Shown here: positions 11,665-21,398 of the stretch, in pieces
Position numbering within the stretch: the stretch's first letter is position 1
Layout of the letters: the number at the start of each line of letters is the position of its first letter
Assembly (NCBI GenBank): GCA_039811685.1
Contig: JBDHZC010000005.1
Span: forward strand, 143,150 to 207,149
Direction of reading: 5' to 3'
Source: Armatimonadota bacterium
GTDB taxonomy: Bacteria > Armatimonadota > UBA5829 > DSUL01
DNA length: 64,000 bases
Notes under the pieces: model-generated
The model's input: only the letters and a program-made list of their open reading frames with translations
Databases searched by the model: none
What the model was told of the DNA's origin: nothing
Program-made: the position numbers and the translations under genes

Positions 11665-12829
11665 TGGGAGCCTTTCCGTAGATGGCGTCCAGTCCAAGGT
11701 AAAGCGCTTCGTCCAGCACACTCTGATCTTCGGCTCCGGACTGTTTCATCTCCTGAATCCGGCGCACAAAGCGCCCTGGCAGGCCTTCAGATGCCGCGGG
11801 ATCCATCAGCGCGTCAATGTCGTAGTCGGGAACCACCTGGGATGTGTCGCAGGTGAAGGCATAGAAGCGATCAGTCATGAAGCCCGGTTGCATCTCCAGC
11901 GATATCTCCCGAGCTATCCGGCCTGTGAACTGCACATAGAGCAGGTCCCCACCGGGGTGTTCCACTGCCGCGTTCTCCACCGCTCCCATGATCTCCGGCA
12001 GCCCTTTGCCCGTAACATCCACTGAAAGCTTCCAGAGGCTGCGAGAAGATATTGCGCAGAACTCGGCGGTGACGCCAGAAGAGGTTGTTTCGATCAACAG
12101 GGCGCCTTTCGGGCCGCATTCATCCAACCCGCGTCCCTGAGGACACCCGCTATAGGCGCCCAGAGCCTTCCCGTTCTCATCAGCAAATATCCGGGCGCTG
12201 TGATAGTGCCCGGCGGCTATCCAGCTTACCTGCTGGCGCTCCAGGTCTTCGGTTGTAAACGGGAGAGTGTTGTCTTTCTCAGGCAGGTCCACAGCTTTGT
12301 ACGAACCGTGCACCATCAGAATGCGCGTGGGAGTTGCCCCGCAGTCCACTTTCTCAGAAAGCAGGCGCTCTTGAATCTGGGAGGACTGCGTATGGGCAAG
12401 CGACGTGACGGAGAATCTCCCGTCCGCGCTGGTGAGCGTCTGAAAGGTGGGTGAGGTGAAAACGTGGGCGTTTTCCGGCCAGGCTGACTGCGGATAGCGC
12501 TGTGCCCACATGGAGTGGTAGGGGCTTCCGGGCCAGAGTGGATCGTGGTTGCCAGGCGCGATGAAAACCGGAATTGGCGCTATCTCGCGGATGCAGGAAA
12601 CCGCCCATGACACGTGCTCGGGATGCACGCTTTCGTCGTCAAAGAGATCTCCTGGAATGAGAACAGCGTCCACAGAGCGCTCTTTGGCCAGCAGCATAGC
12701 GCGGCGGAATGTGTCCCGCACGCAGCGAGTCAGCTCTTCGCACTGGGCCGGGCTCAGCCAGTTCAGGCCGACCCGCGATCCGAGATGAACGTCTGAAACT
12801 TGCAGAAACCTCACGTGTTCCTCACCCAT
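11654..12829 (-). CDS. SbcD/Mre11/YhaO-family DNA repair metallophosphoesterase
   Basis: SDVHLG, GDLFD, PGNHD, HG, GHYH, YSGCPQGRG motifs. Confidence 0.9.
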   Translation of the reverse strand: MGEEHVRFLQVSDVHLGSRVGLNWLSPAQCEELTRCVRDTFRRAMLLAKERSVDAVLIPGDLFDDESVHPEHVSWAVSCIREIAPIPVFIAPGNHDPLWPGSPYHSMWAQRYPQSAWPENAHVFTSPTFQTLTSADGRFSVTSLAHTQSSQIQERLLSEKVDCGATPTRILMVHGSYKAVDLPEKDNTLPFTTEDLERQQVSWIAAGHYHSARIFADENGKALGAYSGCPQGRGLDECGPKGALLIETTSSGVTAEFCAISSRSLWKLSVDVTGKGLPEIMGAVENAAVEHPGGDLLYVQFTGRIAREISLEMQPGFMTDRFYAFTCDTSQVVPDYDIDALMDPAASEGLPGRFVRRIQEMKQSGAEDQSVLDEALYLGLDAIYGKAPNAH

Positions 12830-12986
12830 GGCGCTCACCGGCTGAATACAGTGCCACGTGCGCAACGCTCACAGAAGCCAGGCAGGAACGCCGCAGCCGG
12901 ACGCCGACGCTCTATTTTCGGCACTTTGACGCTTATCTTCCAGATGCGAATTCCTCACCAGAAACGCACCCGAGACACCTGCCGCG

Positions 12987-14210
12987 CTAGGCTTTCTCCA
13001 GTTCAAAAGCCTGGTGCAGCACACGCACCGCCTGCTGAATATCGTCAGAGTTGATCAATACAGTGATGCGAATCTCGCTTGTTGTGATGGAAAGGATGTT
13101 GATTCCAGCCTCAGCAAGCGCGGAGAACATTTTGTCCGCATAGCCCGGGTGCGAGCGAATGCCCGTGCCGACAATGGAGACCTTGGCCACATCTTCATCC
13201 ACCGTCACCTCACCGGCGTTCAAGTCCTTGGCGACGGCGGTAGTGACCGCCAACGCCGTGCCAAAGTCCTCGTCGTTCACGGTGAAGGAGAGATCCGTCA
13301 CGCCTTTTGAAGAGACGTTTTGCACGATAATGTCAACGCTCACATTCTTCTCGGCAAGGGCGTGGAAAATGCGGGAGGCTGCGCCGGGAATGTCCGGCAC
13401 GCTTGCTACAGTAATGCGGTTGGTTTTCGCATCATGCGCAATTCCTCGTACCGGATTGCGAATTTCCATCTGCTCGTCTTCATGTCTGATCACTGTACCG
13501 GGTGCCTCCGTCTGGCTGTGCGCCACCAAAATCTCAATATCGTATAGCTCACCGAGCTCTACCGCGCGCGAGTGCATCACCTTCGCGCCCTGTCCCGCAA
13601 GCTCCAACATCTCTTCGTAAGAAACGCTGTCCAGCTTGCGCGCTTCCGGGACAATGCGCGGGTCTGTGGTGTAAACGCCCTCGACATCCGTGTATATCTC
13701 GCAGCGGTCCGCGTCCAGAGCGCGCGCCACAGCCACAGCGGTAGTGTCCGATCCGCCGCGCCCCAGCGTCGTAATGTCAGCCCAACTGGCGTGCTCCGTA
13801 ATGCCCTGAAATCCCGCGATGACCAGTACGTTGCCCTTGTCCAGCTCGCGGCGCATGCGTGTTGGGTCAATTTTCGAGATACGCGCTTTGCGATGAACCA
13901 CTTCCGTGATAATGCCAGCCTGTCCGCCTGTCAGGGACACGGCCTTGCAGCCAAGTGACTGAAGCGCCATTGTCATCAGAGCGCTTGAGGCTTGCTCGCC
14001 TGTTGCCAGCAGCTTGTCCATCTCGCGGGGGTCAGGAGCTGTGCTGAGCTGTTGCGCGAGAGCGATGAGGTTGTCCGTGGTTTTTCCCATAGCGCTGACC
14101 ACGATCGCTACATCCGCTTTTTCGCGTGTCCGGGCTACGCGCGTCGCCACCGCCATTATCCGGTCGGCATCCGCAACCGAGCTGCCCCCGTACTTCTGCA
14201 CCACAAGCAT
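12987..14210 (-). CDS. lysC: aspartate kinase
   Basis: VQKYGGSSV, VSAMGKTTD, TTLGRGGSDTTA, YTDVEGVYTTDPR, two ACT domains. Confidence 0.97.
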   Translation of the reverse strand: MLVVQKYGGSSVADADRIMAVATRVARTREKADVAIVVSAMGKTTDNLIALAQQLSTAPDPREMDKLLATGEQASSALMTMALQSLGCKAVSLTGGQAGIITEVVHRKARISKIDPTRMRRELDKGNVLVIAGFQGITEHASWADITTLGRGGSDTTAVAVARALDADRCEIYTDVEGVYTTDPRIVPEARKLDSVSYEEMLELAGQGAKVMHSRAVELGELYDIEILVAHSQTEAPGTVIRHEDEQMEIRNPVRGIAHDAKTNRITVASVPDIPGAASRIFHALAEKNVSVDIIVQNVSSKGVTDLSFTVNDEDFGTALAVTTAVAKDLNAGEVTVDEDVAKVSIVGTGIRSHPGYADKMFSALAEAGINILSITTSEIRITVLINSDDIQQAVRVLHQAFELEKA

Positions 14211-14288
14211 ACTGAATCTGTCCCTCTAGCGCGTGCTTTTTGCGCCGCCGGCAATCTTGGAAAACCGTTGGCATTTTAGCACGGACGG

Positions 14289-14684
14289 TCAAGGCCGTCT
14301 GAGGGCGCCCGGTAACTGGATGCGGGTCAGTTGTTTGCGTGAAGGATTTAGCAGGTCCTCCGGCTCTTTCGGCTCATACGCGGCGATGTACCAGGCTACG
14401 CCGATGTCCAGGAGAGGAACGATCATCAGCGCGCCAAGCCAGTCCGGCTTGTCCATGGATCGCGCAATCTCCATCCAGAGAAGCGCCCACACCAGGATGT
14501 TTATAACGGGAAGAAGAAGCCCAACAAGCCACAGAAGGTTTTTGTCCGCTATCTCGCACACCAGATAGAGCTGGAGAAGGGGAATGAACGCCATCCATTC
14601 GTTGTCAGTTGAGGTCTTTGTGGCGACGACGTATATGGGTATGGCAATCGCCACATAGCTAATGACCAGCCAAATGTACTCCAC
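14289..14684 (-). CDS. small membrane protein (DUF5684-like)
   Basis: WMAFIP motif, 3-4 hydrophobic segments, GGAGG RBS before GTG. Confidence 0.7.
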   Translation of the reverse strand: MEYIWLVISYVAIAIPIYVVATKTSTDNEWMAFIPLLQLYLVCEIADKNLLWLVGLLLPVINILVWALLWMEIARSMDKPDWLGALMIVPLLDIGVAWYIAAYEPKEPEDLLNPSRKQLTRIQLPGALRRP

Positions 14685-14775
14685 AGTAAATACCTCCCTG
14701 CAGTCCGCGACAGCGGGCGGCTTGTTCCACTGTAAGCCTTCCAGATATGCCTGTCAAGCATAGAGGCGCAGGATG

Positions 14776-15873
14776 CTAGTCGAGGTCGAAGAAGCGCTGT
14801 AGAATTGCGCTCGCCGTCTCCACCTGTGCCAGTGGAACGCTCTCTCGGTCAGTGTGCGCCAGAGCTATGTCCCCCGGACCGAAGACAACCGAGGGCAGCC
14901 CAGCCGCCGAATAGACGGCGGCGTCAGTCGCGTAGTTTGCGGAGATGCTGGGGAGCGTGGAGGCGTCTATGAGACGGCGCACAAGAGGCAGGTCTTCGGG
15001 AGTCTCCAGCGCAGGGCCCGCCAGATATGGCGCGTGAATTTCCACATCTGACGGGAGGTGCGACCGCAACTCATCCAGCAGCGCCTCCTGCGTGTCTCCC
15101 GGGAGGCTTCTCACGTCCACATGCGCTGACGCCGAAGCCGGAATCACATTGGCGGCCTGTCCGCCCTCAATCATATTCACCGAAAGCGTCCGCGTTCCAA
15201 GCCCCGCTCTCTCCTCACTCGACCAGCGTTCGGCCTGCTCTTGCAGCGCTGTGATCGCTGTAGCCAGAGGATAGATAGCGTTGACGCCCAGCTCGGGTGT
15301 GGCGGAGTGGCAGCTTTTCCCTTTCGCGCCAAGCACAAAGCGCATAACGCCCTTGTGCCGGGTGAGGATATGCAAGTGTGTCGGTTCCCCGGCGATCACC
15401 AGATCGGCTTTCAGGTGAGTCGCGGCTGCCTGTGAGCCTGCAAAGCCCGCTTCCTCATCGCAGACGGCGGCAAAGGTCAGGTTGAAGGCGCAGTCACCGC
15501 GCCGCGCCGCTTCAAGAAAACTGTGCGCAAAGACCGCCAGACTCGCTTTCGTGTCGCAGCTTCCACGTCCGAAGATTGTCCCGTCCCGCTCGATCGGGTC
15601 AAAAGGATCGCCTTCCCAGTCCTCTGCGGGTACAGTGTCAGTATGCGCGGACAGAACCACCGTCTGAGGCTTGCCGAAGTCCAGGTGCGCAAACAGATTT
15701 GGCCGTCCCGGAAGGACTTCGCGCAGTTCGCAGTCCAGGCCCGGCTGCTTGAACAAAGCGCTGAGATACGCGCAGACGTCGGCTTCTCCGTCCGGGCTGA
15801 ACTCCGGCCTGATACTCGGGCTCACGCTGCGGATAGCGACAAGGTCTTTGAGGACTGATCTGATATCCTTCAC
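14776..15873 (-). CDS. M20 family (ArgE/DapE-like) deacylase
   Basis: HTDTVP, GRGSCDTK, DEE, GEPT, HSATPELGVNAI, TDA, FGPGDIALAH. Confidence 0.9.
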   Translation of the reverse strand: MKDIRSVLKDLVAIRSVSPSIRPEFSPDGEADVCAYLSALFKQPGLDCELREVLPGRPNLFAHLDFGKPQTVVLSAHTDTVPAEDWEGDPFDPIERDGTIFGRGSCDTKASLAVFAHSFLEAARRGDCAFNLTFAAVCDEEAGFAGSQAAATHLKADLVIAGEPTHLHILTRHKGVMRFVLGAKGKSCHSATPELGVNAIYPLATAITALQEQAERWSSEERAGLGTRTLSVNMIEGGQAANVIPASASAHVDVRSLPGDTQEALLDELRSHLPSDVEIHAPYLAGPALETPEDLPLVRRLIDASTLPSISANYATDAAVYSAAGLPSVVFGPGDIALAHTDRESVPLAQVETASAILQRFFDLD

Positions 15874-15915
15874 AAGCGCATGTTGCGCCAGCGCGCGCCG
15901 GAGCGCAAGGCGTCT

Positions 15916-17055
15916 TTAGGAAGCGGCGCCAACGGCCTGCCGGACACCGGAGATACCGCGTGTGTTTTTCAGGTGGAGCAGACCCGCGACTAATCCGTCC
16001 GAAGGGTCCAGAAGCAGCTTGTAGAGGACCTGCTCAAATTTGTTGAAGCTGCGCTTTGGCGGCTCGCTCACGCGCCCCGCCACCAGGCTGTATATCTGGA
16101 CGGTGGACGCGCCGCTCAAAATATAATCCAGCGCGTGCAGCCCGGTGTACACGCCTCCGGAGGCGCTGAGTTGCATTTCCGGCAGCGCCTTGCGGAGCAG
16201 CCCGATGTCTGATACTACTGTCGCGCGCGACTGCTTGCGAAGGGTATCGACGCGCATGGCTGATCGGTGGGCTACGGTCAGGCCGGCCGGTACTCGGGAG
16301 GCGCTTTTGATTGCTGAAGCGCAGGCCATGAGTACCATTGAAGAGGTCTGCAGCTTAGGCCACAACGCCGCTTTGCTCTCGTCAATCAGACTTCCAATAG
16401 CGCTCAAAAAAGCCGAAGCCCGCGCAGCCGCTTCTTCCGCGGAAGTCGTGTCAAAATCTGCCGGCAGCGGTATCTCCAGAACGTCAGACCCCGCCTCGTG
16501 AAGCTGTGTAGCTGTGTGTGTCCACTCCTCGCGCAGTGTCTCTCCCTCTCGCGGAATCTGCCCGAGAAAGGAGCCGATTACCTGCGTTTGACTGGCTCTG
16601 ACGGCCTCTGCGCAACTGCGTACGAACGCAATGTACTCATCCAGTCTCCGCGCGTCCAGTCGCCCGTGCCACCGCACAACAGGACGGTTGCGCCGTTTGT
16701 CAGAAGGCTCGTACGTGCTCGGTGTTCCGGAGGTCTCCAGCTTTGCCCGCTGGTCCTCCAGAGAGCTCATGCCCGAGCTGTCCTCAGCAGCCACCGTACG
16801 CAGGATTACCGCACCCCATCCAGCCTGCGCCGCCTTTTCAATCTGTGAAATCTCCTGCGTCATCTCGCCTGCGCCCACGACAAACGGATTGCGCAGCTTC
16901 AGCGGTCCGAAACTCGTCACCAGATCAACATCCAGCCGCTCGGCGACGATTTCAGGCAGATCCAAAGGGAGCGCTTCGCGAGCGTAGCGCTTCCAGAGGC
17001 GCTCCAGACGCTCCTTCTGACGCAGCGTCATCTCCAGATCCCGCGCTTTCAGCAA
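15916..17055 (-). CDS. divergent dihydroorotate/dihydropyrimidine dehydrogenase-like FMN barrel protein
   Basis: LKLRNPFVVGAG, GWGAVILRT, SASGGVYTG, GASTVQIYS. Confidence 0.6.
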   Translation of the reverse strand: MLKARDLEMTLRQKERLERLWKRYAREALPLDLPEIVAERLDVDLVTSFGPLKLRNPFVVGAGEMTQEISQIEKAAQAGWGAVILRTVAAEDSSGMSSLEDQRAKLETSGTPSTYEPSDKRRNRPVVRWHGRLDARRLDEYIAFVRSCAEAVRASQTQVIGSFLGQIPREGETLREEWTHTATQLHEAGSDVLEIPLPADFDTTSAEEAAARASAFLSAIGSLIDESKAALWPKLQTSSMVLMACASAIKSASRVPAGLTVAHRSAMRVDTLRKQSRATVVSDIGLLRKALPEMQLSASGGVYTGLHALDYILSGASTVQIYSLVAGRVSEPPKRSFNKFEQVLYKLLLDPSDGLVAGLLHLKNTRGISGVRQAVGAAS

Positions 17056-17067
17056 CTGCCGCGCCAG

Positions 17068-18021
17068 CTACTCTTCACCCCAGAAACGCCGGATTGGACG
17101 GGAAGCAGCCGCGTACTCCTTCTGGAATACATTGCCGTCGAAGCCGGGATCGTCCGCAGGAATGTCAGCGAGCGCCACAGGTTCACCGCCCCGCTCTCGT
17201 GAGAGCCGGCCCGCGAGCAGGATCTTCACAGACTCTGTCAACTCCTCCATCGCCGCGAGGCGATTCTGTCCGGTTTCAAGTGTGTCCAGCAGCCGGTCCA
17301 GCAGTGCAGAATAAAGCCGGCTGTTGTCCACCTTGATGAAGCGATGCCCTTTCGTAGTAAGAATTGAGAACGTGAACGGCTGGTAAACACCTATGACGGT
17401 GCTGTAGGCGGCTGTGCGGCTGCCGTCGTAGGTGATATGAAAGCTCTCACATCGGGTCTCGCCCTGCGAAGCGGCGCCTGCAAATCGAACGCTGGTCGCT
17501 CCAGCGCCGATGATGCGCGTGAGGCCTTCCACGGCGTGACAGCCGTAGTTGAACTCATCCACCCCTACCGTCGCCCAGACATGCACCGGATCGCCCCGCT
17601 CACCCGCTTCTTCTGCCAGAAACTCATCTATTTCCAGAGCGTACCGGACCGACGAGCAGCCGAGTACCGTCGCGCCCTGAGCCGCCATCTCTTCCAGCGC
17701 CTTGCAGTCCGCCAGGTTGCCCGCCAGCGGCTTGTCAATGAATACCGGCTTGCCGCGCTCCACGAACGGGCGCGCCTGGCGGAGGTGATCGTCCCAGTTG
17801 CAGCTATGGATGATTCCCGCGTCCACCTTATCCGCCAGCTCCTCCAGCGACCGGGCGTGGAAATCGAGGCCGTACCTGTCCACGAACGCCTGCGTCTGGG
17901 CATCATCCCGGAACGAATCGTTGAAGACACCGCTGTAGCGCGCGCGTCCTGTTTTCTTGAAGTACTCCGCAAAGGAGACACAGTGGGAGGTGTCCAGCGT
18001 GACCGCGCCGATTTCAATCAT
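17068..18021 (-). CDS. Gfo/Idh/MocA family oxidoreductase
   Basis: DTSH, GKPVFIDKPLA, YGCHAVE motifs. Confidence 0.8.
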   Translation of the reverse strand: MIEIGAVTLDTSHCVSFAEYFKKTGRARYSGVFNDSFRDDAQTQAFVDRYGLDFHARSLEELADKVDAGIIHSCNWDDHLRQARPFVERGKPVFIDKPLAGNLADCKALEEMAAQGATVLGCSSVRYALEIDEFLAEEAGERGDPVHVWATVGVDEFNYGCHAVEGLTRIIGAGATSVRFAGAASQGETRCESFHITYDGSRTAAYSTVIGVYQPFTFSILTTKGHRFIKVDNSRLYSALLDRLLDTLETGQNRLAAMEELTESVKILLAGRLSRERGGEPVALADIPADDPGFDGNVFQKEYAAASRPIRRFWGEE

Positions 18022-18196
18022 AGCCGTAGTTGATTCCTTTTCCGAGTTGTTGTGAGGCTGGCGCCGCTGAATACATTAGAGCGCTAAGCTGTTCGTGTCA
18101 ACCCTTTGCAGACAGGAAGCGCCGATAGTGACGACTAAGTCTGCCTGACAAGCTAAAGGCCACTCCATTACGGTCTTTTCACAGCAGGAGACGCCA

Positions 18197-20206
18197 GTGT
18201 CGTACCATCTTCGCTTCAGACAGATTCACCTGGACTTCCACACCTCACCTGACATTCCGGGCATTGGTGAGAAGTTTGACACAGCGCAGTGGCAAAAAGC
18301 GCTCAAGGAAGGACATGTGAACTCCATCACCACCTTCGCAAAGTGCCACCACGGCTGGAGCTACCACAAGACGCGCGTCGGCAAGATGCATCCGGGACTG
18401 AGTTTCGACCTTCTGCGTCAGCAGTATGACGCCGCCAAAGAGATTGATGTCAACGTCCCCATTTACATATCCGCGGGCGTTGATGACGTGGCAGCAGCGG
18501 AGCATCCAGAGTGGCGCGAGGTCGGCGTTGACGGGCAGTACATCGGCTGGGCAGGTCCCATCACGCGGCCCGGCTTCAAGTCTATGTGTTTCGCAACGCC
18601 TTATCTGAACTACCTGTGCGATCAGATTCGGGAAGTCGTGGAGCTGTTTCCGGAGTGCGACGGCATCTTTCTGGACATCATTCATCAGGATGAGTGCTGC
18701 TGCCGGTGGTGCCTGGCAAAGATGGAGGAGATGGGGCTGGACGCTGAGAAGCCGGAAGACCGCCGCGCATGCGCTGAGGCCGTTTTGGAGAACTACTATA
18801 TTCGCGCAACGGCTGCTGTTCGGTCGCTGAATCCGCAGATGCCTGTCTTTCACAACAGTGGTCACGTGGCTAAGGGACGCCAGGGTCTCCTGAAGCACTT
18901 CAGCCATCTGGAGCTTGAGTCGCTGCCAACGGGCGGGTGGGGCTATGACCATTTTCCGCTGTCCGCCAAATACGCCCAGAAGACCGGATTGGACGTGTTG
19001 GGGATGACCGGCAAGTTCCACACCACGTGGGGGGAGTTTGGCGGTTACAAGCATCCGAACGCTCTGCTCTATGAATGCGCGGCGATGCTGGCGCACGGGG
19101 CCAAGTGCTCTGTCGGCGACCAGCTTCATCCGAACGGTTGGATGGACGAGACGACGTATCGCATTATCGGACAGGCGTACGAGGAGGTCGAAGCAAAAGA
19201 GCCGTGGTGCGACAACGTGGAGGCCGTCGCGGACGTGGCGGTACTATCCAGCGAAGCGGAGACTGGCCAGCGCCTGCCGGACACGGGCGCGGGGCGGGTG
19301 CTTCTGGAAGAGCACTTTCTGTTTGATCTGATTGACCGCAACGTAGATTTCGCTGGCTATCGTCTGCTGATTCTGCCGGATGTCATCCGGCTGGACGGCG
19401 CTCTTACGCAGAAGCTCCGGCGGTATCTGGAGGGTGGTGGAAGACTGCTCCTTACGGGGGAGAGCGGGCTGGGCAAAGACGGCGGCGGTTTCGGCGTGGA
19501 TATTGGCGCAAGCTACGAGGGGCTCAGCCCGGATCAGCCGGACTATCTGGTCGCGGGTGAGCGCCTGAAGCCGGATTTCGTGGACAGTCCTCTGGTGATG
19601 TACGGGCGCTCGCAGCAGGTGCGCCCGACAACTGGAGAGAGCCTGGCCGCCATCCGTCTGCCGTACTTCAACCGCACCTGGCGGCATTACTGCAGCCACC
19701 AGCACGCGCCGGATGCGAAAGACAGCGTGTTTTCGGCGGCAGTGCAGACAACGAACACTCTGTATCTGGCGCATCCGATTTTCACCATTTATGCGGGATC
19801 CGGCGCGGTCGCCTATCGCCAGTACGCCTCCAGCGCCATTTGCGCAGCTCTGGGCGCAGAGCCATCCTTGACCACGAACATGCCCTCCACTGCGCGCGTA
19901 TCGCTGATGCGCCAGCCGGATGAGAAGCGCTACGTACTCCATCTGCTTTACGCAAATACCATCGCCCGCGGCTCGCATCAGAGCTTTTCAGCGGAAGGCT
20001 ACGTCCGGGACTCTCATGGCGTGGAGGTGATTGAGGAGCTTCTGCCGCTGCACGATGTGGATGTGACACTTCGCCTGCCGGAGGCCATCCAGAGTGTGAC
20101 GCTCCAGCCGCAGGGACAGAAGCTGGAGACTCGCGCAGCAGATGGAAAGCTGAGCGTGCGCCTGGACAAGTTCACCTGCCACCAGATGATTGAGCTTGGG
20201 TACTGA
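18197..20206 (+). CDS. putative glycoside hydrolase (GHL6/alpha-L-fucosidase-like) with beta-galactosidase trimerization domain
   Basis: RQIHLDFHT, FAKCHHGWSY, DGIFLDI, ELESLPTGGWGY, KFHTTWGEFG, LLILPD; AGGAG RBS. Confidence 0.8.
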   Translation: MSYHLRFRQIHLDFHTSPDIPGIGEKFDTAQWQKALKEGHVNSITTFAKCHHGWSYHKTRVGKMHPGLSFDLLRQQYDAAKEIDVNVPIYISAGVDDVAAAEHPEWREVGVDGQYIGWAGPITRPGFKSMCFATPYLNYLCDQIREVVELFPECDGIFLDIIHQDECCCRWCLAKMEEMGLDAEKPEDRRACAEAVLENYYIRATAAVRSLNPQMPVFHNSGHVAKGRQGLLKHFSHLELESLPTGGWGYDHFPLSAKYAQKTGLDVLGMTGKFHTTWGEFGGYKHPNALLYECAAMLAHGAKCSVGDQLHPNGWMDETTYRIIGQAYEEVEAKEPWCDNVEAVADVAVLSSEAETGQRLPDTGAGRVLLEEHFLFDLIDRNVDFAGYRLLILPDVIRLDGALTQKLRRYLEGGGRLLLTGESGLGKDGGGFGVDIGASYEGLSPDQPDYLVAGERLKPDFVDSPLVMYGRSQQVRPTTGESLAAIRLPYFNRTWRHYCSHQHAPDAKDSVFSAAVQTTNTLYLAHPIFTIYAGSGAVAYRQYASSAICAALGAEPSLTTNMPSTARVSLMRQPDEKRYVLHLLYANTIARGSHQSFSAEGYVRDSHGVEVIEELLPLHDVDVTLRLPEAIQSVTLQPQGQKLETRAADGKLSVRLDKFTCHQMIELGY

Positions 20207-20374
20207 GTAGGCGGCCTTCTGTCCCGTCAAGGCGAAGGTGTGAGATGGGCAGGATGATATCCCTAAGTCGTTCTCAAGTCTGAGGGCTGTTGTGAGGGTT
20301 GGCACTGGTAAGCGTGGCGAGGCGCCGCAGAACGTACGGACAGTGAAAAATCACAGCCTTTACGCTCAGGCCGG

Positions 20375-21256
20375 CTATGCGTTTCCTCGCATCCTGATCC
20401 GGCGGGAACGGGCTTCCTCTTCCCGTTTCAGCGCCTCCTCACAACAGTCCAGAAAGGCGAACGTCGCTTCCATCTTTCGGACTACTTCTGGCGCCATCCC
20501 GGTATCCGACCCGCGTTTGAAGGCCGCCTCCATCCCACGCCTGAGTTCCGAAGGGTCGCGGGTTGGTACTGACATTACAGGATTCAATACCGGGCGTAAT
20601 TTCACATTTGGCGCATCCGGCGAGCCAGAGGATTTCAACGGAACCTGATAGTTCAGCAAGAGTGGGCGAAGGGTGTATTCTGGCGAAGGACTTCCCCCGG
20701 CCGAACTTAGTATCAGCCCGTGCGGCGCCCATTCGCGCAAGCCATCGCTGAGCGTCGGCGCCTGTTCCAACACGTAGTCGGTGAGCCAGACAAAAGCGCC
20801 GTCAGCTTGCTGGTGGTTGCGAGCCGCGTCATCAACCGCCGGACCCACGAAAACGTCTCCTGTAATCAGACATTTGCCCGCCGATATAGCGCCTCTAAAG
20901 TTAAGCGGAATCTCCTCAAGAGCTGCGCCGTGGATGAGGGCAAGCGCCCCTTCAGCCACTAGCTCAAAGCAACGCCTTCTAAGAACCACGTCCTCGTGAC
21001 GAGCGTAATTGACAATGATAGCAGCGAGGAGAAACGTATCGGAAAATGATACGACATCGTACCTGAGCGCCTCTGGGTCCTCGAACGTCTCATTCTGCTG
21101 GCCTAAGCTACTTGCCTCACTTCGCAGATTCACCATGACATCGGAAAGCCAGAGCGGATCTACATGGTTCCATATCCCTGCAAATCCCAGGATATCCATG
21201 AAGCAGACGACTCCCCAGTCCATGTGCTGGACACCCGCGAACTTTTTCTCATCCAA
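20375..21256 (-). CDS. stand-alone class III nucleotide cyclase-like protein
   Basis: FMDILGF, SFSDT, FRGAISAG, FVGPAVDDAAR in cyclase order; TTG start after GGAG. Confidence 0.6.
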   Translation of the reverse strand: MDEKKFAGVQHMDWGVVCFMDILGFAGIWNHVDPLWLSDVMVNLRSEASSLGQQNETFEDPEALRYDVVSFSDTFLLAAIIVNYARHEDVVLRRRCFELVAEGALALIHGAALEEIPLNFRGAISAGKCLITGDVFVGPAVDDAARNHQQADGAFVWLTDYVLEQAPTLSDGLREWAPHGLILSSAGGSPSPEYTLRPLLLNYQVPLKSSGSPDAPNVKLRPVLNPVMSVPTRDPSELRRGMEAAFKRGSDTGMAPEVVRKMEATFAFLDCCEEALKREEEARSRRIRMRGNA

Positions 21257-21398
21257 GGTTTATTAATGTCTCCAGGGTCGGATTCTTGCGCTGCTAGATG
21301 GGCTGTGATTCCGGAGTTGCTGCGGGTATTTTGATTTCAGACGCGCGATTACGCTTGCGTGCTCTCTTTCAATATCCCTCGGGATGGTCAACCCGAGC

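Noticed and set aside
18076-18088. TTAGAGCGCTAAG LacI-like site between divergent sugar genes
   Set aside because: Imperfect palindrome, single copy; insufficient support
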